Origin: Synechococcus sp. A15-28
GTDB lineage: Bacteria > Cyanobacteriota > Cyanobacteriia > PCC-6307 > Cyanobiaceae
Length of the DNA: 32,000 nt
NCBI RefSeq assembly: GCF_014280175.1
Contig: NZ_CP047931.1
Span: 1,020,001-1,052,000, forward strand
Reading direction: 5' to 3'
A program made the translations under genes and the position numbers. Shown here in pieces: positions 10,478 through 18,561 of the stretch (its first letter is position 1; the number at the start of each line of letters is the position of its first letter). Below the pieces are notes generated by a model. It did not search any database. It saw nothing but the letters and a program-made list of their open reading frames with translations, and had not been told where the DNA came from.

Positions 10478-11580
10478 GTGCCATGAGCAGACGACTGCCG
10501 GTCACCGTGGTCACCGGCTTCCTTGGAGCCGGTAAAACCACCGTTCTGCGCCACCTCCTCACGCGCAGTGGCCAGCGCCTGGCGGTGATGGTCAACGATT
10601 TCGGCAGCGTTGGTCTGGATGGTGATCTGATTCGCAGTTGCGGTTTCTGCCCCGATGACGAGGTGGACGGTCGTCTTGTGGAGCTCAACAACGGTTGTCT
10701 CTGCTGCACGGTTCAGGACGATTTCCTGCCGACGATGGAGCAGCTGCTGGAGCGCGCTGATCAACTGGACGGCATCGTGGTGGAGACCAGTGGTCTGGCG
10801 TTACCGCGTCCGTTGCTGCAGGCCCTGGACTGGCCGGCCATCCGCAGCCGAGTGCATGTGAATGGTGTGGTGACCCTGGTGGACGGCGAAGCCCTGGCGG
10901 CAGGAAGCCCGGTCGCTGATCGTGAGGCCTTGGAGCAACAGCGACGGGAGGATCCCAGCCTCGATCACATCACCGCCATCGATGAGCTGTTCCGCGATCA
11001 GCTTCAGGCCGCGGATCTCGTTCTGCTCAGCCGTGCCGATCGACTGTCACAGGAGCAGCTGGACGCGGTTCAGATCAACCTGCAGAACCAGACCAGGCCA
11101 GGGACGGCGCTGCTTCCCGTGGCCCATGGCGCCGTGGACACCTCGGTGGTGCTCGGCCTGGAGCATCACTCCAATGAACAGGTCGATCACCATCACCACG
11201 ACCACGACCACGACCATCACGATCACAGCCATGTCGCGATGGTGAGTGGCGGACTCCGCCTTGAGGGGGAATTTGATCGGTCGGCGCTTGAGGATCTGCT
11301 GCCCCGGTTGGTCAGCGAGCTTCAGGTGCTGAGGCTGAAGGGACGCGTCTGGCTGCCGGGCAAGGCCTTGCCTTTGCAGCTGCAGATGGTGGGCCCACGG
11401 CTCAACAGCTGGTTTGAGACAGCCCCGGCATCGGCCTGGCGTCCTGACAGCGGCGCTGGAGTGGATCTGGTGGTGCTCTCCCTTCACGAGACATCCACTG
11501 CGACGATCGAGCAGGGCCTTCAGGCGCTGCAGGCCACTCCGGCAACCGCCAGCACAGCCGCCAGCACTCCACGGGGCTGA
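10474..11580 (+). CDS. CobW/COG0523-family GTP-binding (metallochaperone-like) protein
   Basis: PVTVVTGFLGAGKTTVLRHLL (Walker A), ELNNGCLCCTVQDDF (CxCC), His/Asp-rich loop HHHHDHDHDHHDHSH. Confidence 0.92.
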   Translation: MSAMSRRLPVTVVTGFLGAGKTTVLRHLLTRSGQRLAVMVNDFGSVGLDGDLIRSCGFCPDDEVDGRLVELNNGCLCCTVQDDFLPTMEQLLERADQLDGIVVETSGLALPRPLLQALDWPAIRSRVHVNGVVTLVDGEALAAGSPVADREALEQQRREDPSLDHITAIDELFRDQLQAADLVLLSRADRLSQEQLDAVQINLQNQTRPGTALLPVAHGAVDTSVVLGLEHHSNEQVDHHHHDHDHDHHDHSHVAMVSGGLRLEGEFDRSALEDLLPRLVSELQVLRLKGRVWLPGKALPLQLQMVGPRLNSWFETAPASAWRPDSGAGVDLVVLSLHETSTATIEQGLQALQATPATASTAASTPRG

Positions 11581-12362
11581 ATCGGATCCCCTTCGAACCG
11601 CCCCGCCACCAGCGCCATCACCGGTGCGGTGCTCATCAGCGTGACGCCAGGCCCGACGGGCATCGTCTGAAACACCAATTGCTGCAGGACGATGCCCACA
11701 TTGGTCCCCAACGCGGTGGCCAACAGGATGCGCAGCCCCGAGCCTGACCGTGCGTTAAGGCGTGACCCTCTGGCTCGCAGGAGTGGTAACAAAGCCAGCC
11801 ATCCCCCAAGCAATCGGACGGATGCGGTCTGCAGGGGGCTCAGCTCGCTGCTGATCAGTACCTGTCGAGCCAGGAAGGCGCCATTGAGACCGCAGACCAC
11901 TGCCAACAGTCCAAAGACAAGCCCCTGGCGGTCCCTGTGAAGCGGCCCATCGCTGTCCGCCACCAGCACCACGGCACCTGCCACCAAGAGAGCACCGAGC
12001 CAGGCCCCTGCATTCAGTTGCTCCCTCATCAGCACCACGCTGCCAAGACTGGCCAACACCGGGCCGAGTGCCTCCAGCGTGAGGGTTCGGCGGGTTCCCA
12101 GCCGCCGCAGGGCGGCGAGATAGAAGCTGTCACCGGCGGCGATGCCCACACCGCCACTGAGCACTAACCAGCCGATGGCCGCTGCGTTGTCCTGCCACGG
12201 CAGCAGCGCCAGAACCGGAACAAAGAGCAGCGTCGCCAGGCCGTTTTTGAGGGTGTTGAGCTGCAGGGCTGAGCCCTGATCCGACAGGGAGCGCCACAGG
12301 CTGCTGGCGGTTGTCCAGGCCAGGGCTGCGGCCAACGCCGCCACCACTCCGATCATCGGCAT
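11520..12362 (-). CDS. EamA/DMT-family transporter
   Basis: 280 aa, about ten hydrophobic segments; ...FYLAALRRLGTRRTLTLEALGPVLASLGSVVLMREQLNAGAWLGALLVAGAVVLV. Confidence 0.85.
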   Translation of the reverse strand: MPMIGVVAALAAALAWTTASSLWRSLSDQGSALQLNTLKNGLATLLFVPVLALLPWQDNAAAIGWLVLSGGVGIAAGDSFYLAALRRLGTRRTLTLEALGPVLASLGSVVLMREQLNAGAWLGALLVAGAVVLVADSDGPLHRDRQGLVFGLLAVVCGLNGAFLARQVLISSELSPLQTASVRLLGGWLALLPLLRARGSRLNARSGSGLRILLATALGTNVGIVLQQLVFQTMPVGPGVTLMSTAPVMALVAGRFEGDPIQPRGVLAAVLAVAGVACSA

Positions 12363-13298
12363 CTACTTAACAAGTTGTTCACTCAGCTGCCAGAGCCGCG
12401 CCGCCTTGGCATCATCAGCGGCCTCCGCAGAGGTTTCGGTGCATGCGAATTGGTGACGTCCGGGGCCAAGGAGTTCATTGCTCCAGTAGCTGAATCCCTG
12501 TGGCATGGCCGGATCCAGCACCAACCGCTCCAGCAGTTCGGCGGCCCGTTCGGGACGCTCGGTGAGTCGCAGCAGATCACGGGCCACGAATCCGAACAAG
12601 GCCTGGCCAATTGGATTGGCTTCGCGGCTGTTGCGGAAGAAGCCATCCCTGCTGCGGGGGATCACCAGGCCCGGGCTCCAACAGATCACCGGCCACTGGG
12701 GTTGGAGCCGCGCCAAATGCCGGCCCATCAACAGATTGCAGAGCTTGCTGTCTTTGTAGGCCTTGTCTGCATCAAAGGGCGGTTCACCGTTCACCATCTC
12801 GGAACGCTGCTCCAGGCCCGAGAGATCCCCGAGGTCTGCAGGACGTCCCACCCGTCCTCCTCCACTGGCCGGGTTGTGCACCTCTGAGGCGGTGATCACA
12901 ACTCTGGGTGCAGCGGATTGGTGCAACAGAGGCAGCAGATCCATCAGCAGGCGCTGGTGGGCCAGATGGTTCACGGCAATGGTGAGCTCCACGCCCTGGG
13001 CGCTGCGGCGCACCTGGCGATGGCCGGCGTATTGCAGCCCCGCATTCAGCAGCAGTCCATCGATGGCTTCCCCCTGATCGTTCAGCTCTCGTCCAATGGC
13101 TTCCACCTGGTCAAGATCGGCCAGATCCGCCAGCAGCACCCGGCTGTCCCCATTGATCCAGCTGAGGGTTTGCTCGGCCCGCTGCTGACTGCGGCAGATC
13201 ACGGTGAGGCGATGTCCCTTCTGCTGGAGACGTTCGGCGGCGAGACGACCGATGCCGCTGCTGGCTCCGGTGATCAACCAGTGCTGTTGATCAGCCAT
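12363..13298 (-). CDS. Short-chain dehydrogenase (protochlorophyllide-reductase-like SDR)
   Basis: MADQQHWLITGASSGIGRLAAERL...LLLNAGLQY...YKDSKLCNLLMGRHL; Rossmann TGxxxGIG and YxxxK motifs. Confidence 0.85.
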   Translation of the reverse strand: MADQQHWLITGASSGIGRLAAERLQQKGHRLTVICRSQQRAEQTLSWINGDSRVLLADLADLDQVEAIGRELNDQGEAIDGLLLNAGLQYAGHRQVRRSAQGVELTIAVNHLAHQRLLMDLLPLLHQSAAPRVVITASEVHNPASGGGRVGRPADLGDLSGLEQRSEMVNGEPPFDADKAYKDSKLCNLLMGRHLARLQPQWPVICWSPGLVIPRSRDGFFRNSREANPIGQALFGFVARDLLRLTERPERAAELLERLVLDPAMPQGFSYWSNELLGPGRHQFACTETSAEAADDAKAARLWQLSEQLVK

Positions 13299-14103
13299 TG
13301 GAGTCGATTTTGAAGATGTATAGCCTTCCGTCCCGTTCACTCACCACATACAACCGTTGACGGGCGGGATCGATCGCCACCCCTTCCGACTTACGGATCC
13401 GTCTGGGCTTGTTGTCGTCTTCGACCACCAGATCGAGACGTTGCAGCACCCGGTTCTGCTCCCAGTCGTAGTGATAAAGGCACTGCCCCTTGTCGCTGGT
13501 GATCCAGATCGTGTTGCGTTCGGCGTCGTAGCTGAGGCCGGAGAAGTCGAGTTTCTCCGGCCCCACCTTCGGGTGCACGAAGCCGTTGCTGTCGTTGAGC
13601 AGGCGTGCCTGGAGGATGCTCTCGCCTTCGGCGTCAAGCTCAATCAGCAGGCCTGGTCGCCCTTCCTTCACCACAAACAAATGCCCGGTGCGGGTGTTCA
13701 CGGTGATCCCTTCCAGGCCTTTGTTGTCCGGTGGATCAGGGAAATACCGCTTGATGCTGTCGTAGTTCGCCATCGCCGCCAGGGGACGACGACTGAGTTC
13801 GCGCCGGCTGGCGATGTCGATGGTGATCACGGCATTGGTCTCTTCCTGAACGGCATGGAGCTGGCTGCCATCGGCATTGATGGCAATCCCCTCCAGATCG
13901 TCCACGCCGATGAAAAACGACTCTGCGATCGAGAGGCGACCCTTCAGATCCAGGCGGAACACGGCCTTGGTGTCATCACTGACGGTATAAAAGGCGCTGC
14001 CGTCGTGGTTCAGGGTCAGACCTGAAGGCTCGTTCAGGCCCGCTGCCTTGTCGAGAATCCGGTGTTCGCCGATCAGGCTCAGGCTGAGCGTTGCGTCAGT
14101 CAT
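13291..14103 (-). CDS. SdiA-regulated / esterase-like beta-propeller protein
   Basis: GLNEPSGLTLNHDGSAFYTVSDDTKAVFRLDLKG...VDDLEGIAINADGSQLHAVQEETN...NKGLEGITVNTRTGHLFVVKE...SEGVAIDPARQRLYVVSE; repeated SG/EGI blade motifs. Overlaps the downstream SDR start by 8 nt. Confidence 0.75.
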   Translation of the reverse strand: MTDATLSLSLIGEHRILDKAAGLNEPSGLTLNHDGSAFYTVSDDTKAVFRLDLKGRLSIAESFFIGVDDLEGIAINADGSQLHAVQEETNAVITIDIASRRELSRRPLAAMANYDSIKRYFPDPPDNKGLEGITVNTRTGHLFVVKEGRPGLLIELDAEGESILQARLLNDSNGFVHPKVGPEKLDFSGLSYDAERNTIWITSDKGQCLYHYDWEQNRVLQRLDLVVEDDNKPRRIRKSEGVAIDPARQRLYVVSERDGRLYIFKIDSNG

Positions 14104-14204
14104 GGCGGTCCCCTCGCTGGTCTAAGGATTTCAGGACGTGCTGTCGGTTGGGGTCAGCTGGAGCACCAAGGCCGAGAATGGCATTGTTGTGGTTCTGGCA
14201 ACCG

Positions 14205-14747
14205 ATGCAACGCCTCGCGGTGTACTGCGGATCCAGATGCGGCCATGCGCCGGCGCATGGTCAGGCGGCTCAGGCGTTGGGCCAGGCCATGGCCCAACGC
14301 GGTGTGGGGCTGGTGTATGGCGCTGCGCAGATCGGTCTGATGAGAGCTGTCGCCGATGCGGTGCTGGCGGCGGATGGGGAGGTGATCGGTGTTATCCCGG
14401 AAGCTCTGATGGATGCCGAAGTTGCTCACCACGAGCTCACGCGGCTGGAGGTGGTGGCCGACATGCATGTCCGCAAGGCGCGCATGATCGAACTGGCGGA
14501 TGCCATGGTCGCCCTGCCGGGGGGGCTTGGAACCCTGGAGGAGTTGTTTGAGGCACTCACCTGGTTGCAGCTGCGCTTTCACAGCAAACCCTGCGCCTTG
14601 TTCAATGTGGACGGCTACTACGACGGACTCCTTCAGTTCCTGGATGGAGCCGTGGCCGATGGTTTCGTGGCGGCGGAGCACCGCGCGCTCTTATCAGTTC
14701 ATCGGGATCCTCAGCAGCTCCTGGATCAGCTGTTCCCCAACGCCTGA
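14205..14747 (+). CDS. LOG family protein (TIGR00730-type, putative cytokinin riboside 5'-monophosphate phosphoribohydrolase)
   Basis: MQRLAVYCGSRCGHAPAHGQAAQALGQAMAQRGVGLVYGAAQIGLMRAVADAVL...ARMIELADAMVALPGGLGTLEELFEALTWLQL (PGGxGTxxE motif). Confidence 0.92.
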   Translation: MQRLAVYCGSRCGHAPAHGQAAQALGQAMAQRGVGLVYGAAQIGLMRAVADAVLAADGEVIGVIPEALMDAEVAHHELTRLEVVADMHVRKARMIELADAMVALPGGLGTLEELFEALTWLQLRFHSKPCALFNVDGYYDGLLQFLDGAVADGFVAAEHRALLSVHRDPQQLLDQLFPNA

Positions 14748-15442
14748 TGCAACGGACGGTTCTGATCACCGGCGCCAGCCGTGGCATCGGCCGGGCGGTG
14801 GCTGAGCAGCTGTTGGCGAACGGTCATCGCCTTTGCCTCGGTCTCCGGGATCCGGCCCGTCTCAAGGGAACGCCTCTTGAGAGCGAGTGTGTGCTTCCGG
14901 TTCCCTATGACGCCGGCCAACCCGAGCAGGCTGAGGCTCTGGTGGATGCCGCCATCCGCTGGGCTGGTGGTGCAGACGCGTTGATCCATTGCGCGGGGAT
15001 TTTGCATCGCACGCCGCTGCTGTTCGCGGACGGTCAGGAGGCCGAGCTTGAGGAGCTGTGGCGGGTCAATGTGATGGGGCCCTGGTGGTTGACCCGGGCT
15101 GCCTGGCCCCAGCTCCGATCCTCCGGTCATGGGCGGATCCAGGTGCTGGTTTCGATGAGTGGCACACGGGTGAAAGGCCGGATGGCGGGGTACCCAGTGA
15201 GCAAGTTCGCGTTGATGGCCTTGTGTCAGTCCATGCGCAATGAAGGGTTCGATCACGGCATCCGGGTCACGGCGATCTGCCCGAGCTGGGTGAACACAGC
15301 CATGGCCCAGTGGGTGAGCTCCGTGCCGTCGGAGTCGATGACCCAACCGCAGGATCTCGCTTGCCTGATGGGAAACCTTCTGGATCTGCCTAATGCGGCT
15401 GTTCCTTTTGAAATCGCGGTTAATTGCGCCCTGGAAACCTGA
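14747..15442 (+). CDS. SDR-family oxidoreductase
   Basis: MQRTVLITGASRGIGRAVAEQLL...DALIHCAGILHRTPL...YPVSKFALMALCQSMRNE; start overlaps the LOG-gene stop (TGATG). Confidence 0.9.
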   Translation: MQRTVLITGASRGIGRAVAEQLLANGHRLCLGLRDPARLKGTPLESECVLPVPYDAGQPEQAEALVDAAIRWAGGADALIHCAGILHRTPLLFADGQEAELEELWRVNVMGPWWLTRAAWPQLRSSGHGRIQVLVSMSGTRVKGRMAGYPVSKFALMALCQSMRNEGFDHGIRVTAICPSWVNTAMAQWVSSVPSESMTQPQDLACLMGNLLDLPNAAVPFEIAVNCALET

Positions 15443-15502
15443 TCAGGTCACGGACAGGCTGACCGCAATGGTCACCGTCGCTACCACTTCGGCAGATGAT
15501 TC

Positions 15503-15796
15503 ATGGCCATGTGTCTGTTCGCTGCGCTCGGGTTGCTGGCGCCACGGTTGATCCTGCTGTTGATGTGGCTGTTCAACAGCAGCTTCGTACTGCAACCTTT
15601 CGCGGCCATGGCGGTTCCAAATCCCGTGTTGCCCATCGCCGGCCTGTTGCTGCTTCCCACCACCACCCTTGGCTTTTGCTGGGCCACATCAGCCTTCGGC
15701 GGAGTGTCCTCCTTCAGCGGCATGCTAGTGGTGGCCATCGGCGTGATCATTGACCTCGGCCTGATCGGTAACGGTCGCGGTATGGCCAAGCGCTGA
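15503..15796 (+). CDS. Small conserved membrane protein
   Basis: 97 aa, hydrophobic: LIGNGRGMAKR C-terminus; start at 15503 or 15509; followed closely by the HIT gene. Confidence 0.75.
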   Translation: MAMCLFAALGLLAPRLILLLMWLFNSSFVLQPFAAMAVPNPVLPIAGLLLLPTTTLGFCWATSAFGGVSSFSGMLVVAIGVIIDLGLIGNGRGMAKR

Positions 15797-15811
15797 TCCA
15801 GATCTGCCCTG

Positions 15812-16255
15812 ATGACTGAAACCTGCGGCATCTGCCGCTTGCACCAGGATCCGCTGAATCGCGAGCGGTATGAAATCAGTCGCAGTGAGCTGTGGCTAGT
15901 TCGTCATCACCCGGATCCAGCTCCCCTCCCAGGCTGGCTGCTGCTGGACAGCATCCGTCACTGCGCTGGGCCGATTGAGTTCGAGCCTCCGGAAGCCGCC
16001 TCCTGGGGACGTGCCGTGCAAGATGCCAGCCAGCTGGTGCAGCAGATCACAGGCTGTGATCGTGTTTATGCCATTGCCTTTGGTGAGGGGGCTCGCCATC
16101 TCCACCTGCACCTGATTCCCAGATTTGCTGAGGATCCGGAGACCAGCGCCTGGTTGGTGGCCGATCACTACCGAGCGGTGCAGGGCGGGCAGCGAGCTGC
16201 CGCTGAGCCCACTCAGGTGCAGACCATGGTGGAGTTAGCCCGCCGGTTCAGCTGA
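15812..16255 (+). CDS. HIT-family (histidine triad) protein
   Basis: MTETCGICRLHQDP...DRVYAIAFGEGARHLHLHLIPRF (HxHxH triad). Confidence 0.9.
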   Translation: MTETCGICRLHQDPLNRERYEISRSELWLVRHHPDPAPLPGWLLLDSIRHCAGPIEFEPPEAASWGRAVQDASQLVQQITGCDRVYAIAFGEGARHLHLHLIPRFAEDPETSAWLVADHYRAVQGGQRAAAEPTQVQTMVELARRFS

Positions 16256-16286
16256 TCAGGATCGATCCACGTCGTTGCGCTTCTGA

Positions 16287-16706
16287 CTAGCCGCGTTGAA
16301 AGCGTTTGCGGGTGTTTTTGGAAACACGGAGGTTGCGCAGTCGTCCCAGGGGCCAGCCCAACTGCTGGAGATGGGCAAGCGTTGATGCTTCGGCATCGAA
16401 GCAGCCTTCGCAGTACGTGCTCTGAAGGCCGATCTCCTTGAGAGTGAGCAGCAGCAGGCGTTCTTCCCGGCGGGTTCCGCGTCGGGCCTCCACCAGCTCA
16501 AAGTCCCGTTGCTGATGTTCTGTGGTTATCGCTGAGAGGGCTTCGGTGTATCCGATCAGGAGGGTTTGATCGATGGCGCGATAGGCGGTGTAAACGACGC
16601 CTTCCGGTCTGGCCTCCAGGGTCTGGACCCTTTCACTCAGGGCGATCACGGCTTCCATGGTCGGGACCTGCAGGGCCTGCTCGAACAGGTTCAGGGAAGA
16701 CGTCAT
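16287..16706 (-). CDS. Hypothetical protein with possible divergent GIY-YIG/T5orf172-like fold
   Basis: MTSSLNLFEQALQVPTMEAVIALSERVQTLEARPEGVVYTAYRAIDQTLLIGYTEAL...RRGTRREERLLLLTLKEIG. Second gene of a pair; its SD-like GGAGG lies in the 3' end of the upstream ORF. Confidence 0.65.
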   Translation of the reverse strand: MTSSLNLFEQALQVPTMEAVIALSERVQTLEARPEGVVYTAYRAIDQTLLIGYTEALSAITTEHQQRDFELVEARRGTRREERLLLLTLKEIGLQSTYCEGCFDAEASTLAHLQQLGWPLGRLRNLRVSKNTRKRFQRG

Positions 16707-16708
16707 TG

Positions 16709-16951
16709 TCAAAGACCTCCTATGGCCAGTCGTTCGTCGCAGGCCCCTTCGTAGGCGCGAACGGCCGCTGAAGGAATGGATCCATTGCTCTTCAGCTGCC
16801 GGATCGAGAGCTCCACGCACTGCAGCACCACGCTGGTGAGTTCCCGGCCCTCGCAGAGAGCCCAGCTGCGCAGCAACACATGCAGGCTCGGCGGCACGGA
16901 CACCGTGAGCTTGACCTGGTTTTCCCGCGTCGCCGCTTTGATCATGGCCAT
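16709..16951 (-). CDS. Small ribbon-helix-helix-like protein
   Basis: MAMIKAATRENQVKLTVSVPPSLHVLLRSWALCEGRELTSVVLQCVELSIRQLKSNGSIPSAAVRAY; VKLTVSVPPSLHVLLRSWA...GRELTSVVLQCVELSIRQL fits the CopG/RHH beta-alpha-alpha pattern. Upstream ORF extension to 17104 judged unlikely. Confidence 0.65.
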   Translation of the reverse strand: MAMIKAATRENQVKLTVSVPPSLHVLLRSWALCEGRELTSVVLQCVELSIRQLKSNGSIPSAAVRAYEGACDERLAIGGL

Positions 16952-17160
16952 GCAAGTGAGCAACTCAAGAGTAGCTCTGAAGATACTGCATGGCAACCGT
17001 GTGGTGACTTCGAAGTGTATCTGCAGTGTCTTTAGGGCTGGCTCAGGGGCTCTCGCTCGATGACCTGCCCGTGCACCAGCCTTCCAGCTGTGAAGACGCA
17101 TCACAGTTCATTGATCTGCCCAGCTGGTCCAGACATCGTGATCAGGAATTCATTGGTTCT

Positions 17161-17340
17161 ATGGCCTCACCGTCTGGCACTTGGAGTAACAACCAACCTC
17201 CCTCCACGTTTGAAAAGCTCTGGCGCGGCTTGATTCTTGTCGGCGCCATTCACCTCGGCGGCATGCTCGTCAATGTTGTGTTTCAGATGCTTGGAAACCA
17301 CAGCCTGGATGGCATCCCAGCCAAATTCCTAGGCCTGTAA
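17161..17340 (+). CDS. Small hypothetical protein with one hydrophobic segment
   Basis: MASPSGTWSNNQPPSTFEKLWRGLILVGAIHLGGMLVNVVFQMLGNHSLDGIPAKFLGL, 59 aa within ORF 17026..17340; the N-terminal part of the longer ORF is not protein-like. Confidence 0.45.
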   Translation: MASPSGTWSNNQPPSTFEKLWRGLILVGAIHLGGMLVNVVFQMLGNHSLDGIPAKFLGL

Positions 17341-17367
17341 TTCAGCGGCTTGTCGTACTTGAATGGT

Positions 17368-17406
17368 TGATCACAGGTGATCCCGATGGGGGATCACCTG
17401 TGATCA
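17368..17406. terminator. Perfect 17-bp inverted repeat, probable bidirectional transcription terminator
   Basis: TGATCACAGGTGATCCC-GATGG-GGGATCACCTGTGATCA, located between convergent ORFs ending at 17340 (+) and 17427 (-). Confidence 0.7.
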
Positions 17407-17426
17407 TTTGATATCAACGGTTGAGA

Positions 17427-17744
17427 TCAGGACATTTTCGCAAACAGTTTCTTGTGATAATCAACGACGTCCTGGCAGCCAATCACAGGGGTAAAGTCCA
17501 TTTCAATTCCATACTGAGCACGCCAGGGAGCAAAGTGCTCAAAAATTTGCGCGTCTCCCGCGGCTTTGAACAACAGGGTGACCCGTCCTGCTCCTGGAGC
17601 ATGGACGCGGAAGAGCATTTCAAAACCGTCAGCGCGATCGGCCTTCGCCATTTCGCCCGAATCCCAGAGTTCACAGAAACTCTTGTAGGCAGCCAGTTGG
17701 CTTTCGATATCTGGAAAAATGCAGTCGGCGAGGTACATCTGCAT
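17427..17744 (-). CDS. Hypothetical protein, DUF3303-like
   Basis: MQMYLADCIFPDIESQLAAYKSFCELWDSGEMAKADRADGFEMLFRVHAPGAGRVTLLFKAAGDAQIFEHFAPWRAQYGIEMDFTPVIGCQDVVDYHKKLFAKMS; family assignment is by resemblance only. Confidence 0.65.
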   Translation of the reverse strand: MQMYLADCIFPDIESQLAAYKSFCELWDSGEMAKADRADGFEMLFRVHAPGAGRVTLLFKAAGDAQIFEHFAPWRAQYGIEMDFTPVIGCQDVVDYHKKLFAKMS

Positions 17745-17938
17745 GGTCGGCGAGAGCGAGGTCCAACCAAGTACTAGCAACAGCAGACTCGTCTGCACCC
17801 ATCACGCGGGAATCATGGTTTTGTCGGGGTCACTCTTGTCAATGGTTCGTCCTTGACTCTGTTTCAGTTCGATGAGTGGATGAATCGTCATTCAAATCAG
17901 TCCACTGACTGAAGACGCAAGCGCTCTTTAGACGCCAT

Positions 17939-18559
17939 CTATGGATTCAACTCTGCCCACTCCTTCATGGACGGATTCGCCTCTAGATATGTGTTGTAGC
18001 TGCAATCGTACGGTCTGAGCTTGAAGTCACATTTTGGACCATCTTTCTCTTCACGCTCAGCTTTTTCGGAAGGACTTTCCCAGCCTAAAGGTGGTTTTTG
18101 ACAGGTGCTGTTGTAACCAACCGGAGGCTCGCCAGGGGGGCATTTGGGATTGATGCTTGCCCGAGCATTGCCCTCTAGTTGCATGATACCAGCTCCGTAC
18201 CAGAACGATGATTTGCATCCCCAATCTGCCTTGCCGGCTACTCTTTGATCATGCCCAAAATCAAACCCAAGGCCGTTGGAGTTATAGACGCACTTCACTT
18301 CCTTGCAATTGCCTCCCCCTACATCGGCAAATCCAGACGGACACTGATTTCCTTCCGCAATATCAGCACCTTGTGAACGGATTTGCCTTGATGTATTGGA
18401 GGTATCACCTTTCATTGCCCTGACACAGCCAGCATAATCTTTGGCTTCCACGCATAACTTATGGATTGATGGATCAACGTCGCCAGCTTGTACTGGGTTG
18501 ACGACTGCACCAGTTGCATTGACTGCTGCGAAGGCAATCAATGGGACTAATCTTTTCAT
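17939..18559 (-). CDS. Exported cysteine-rich hypothetical protein
   Basis: 206 aa with signal-like MKRLVPLIAFAAVNATGAVVNPVQA and about a dozen Cys in the mature part. Confidence 0.7.
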   Translation of the reverse strand: MKRLVPLIAFAAVNATGAVVNPVQAGDVDPSIHKLCVEAKDYAGCVRAMKGDTSNTSRQIRSQGADIAEGNQCPSGFADVGGGNCKEVKCVYNSNGLGFDFGHDQRVAGKADWGCKSSFWYGAGIMQLEGNARASINPKCPPGEPPVGYNSTCQKPPLGWESPSEKAEREEKDGPKCDFKLRPYDCSYNTYLEANPSMKEWAELNP

Positions 18560-18561
18560 TC

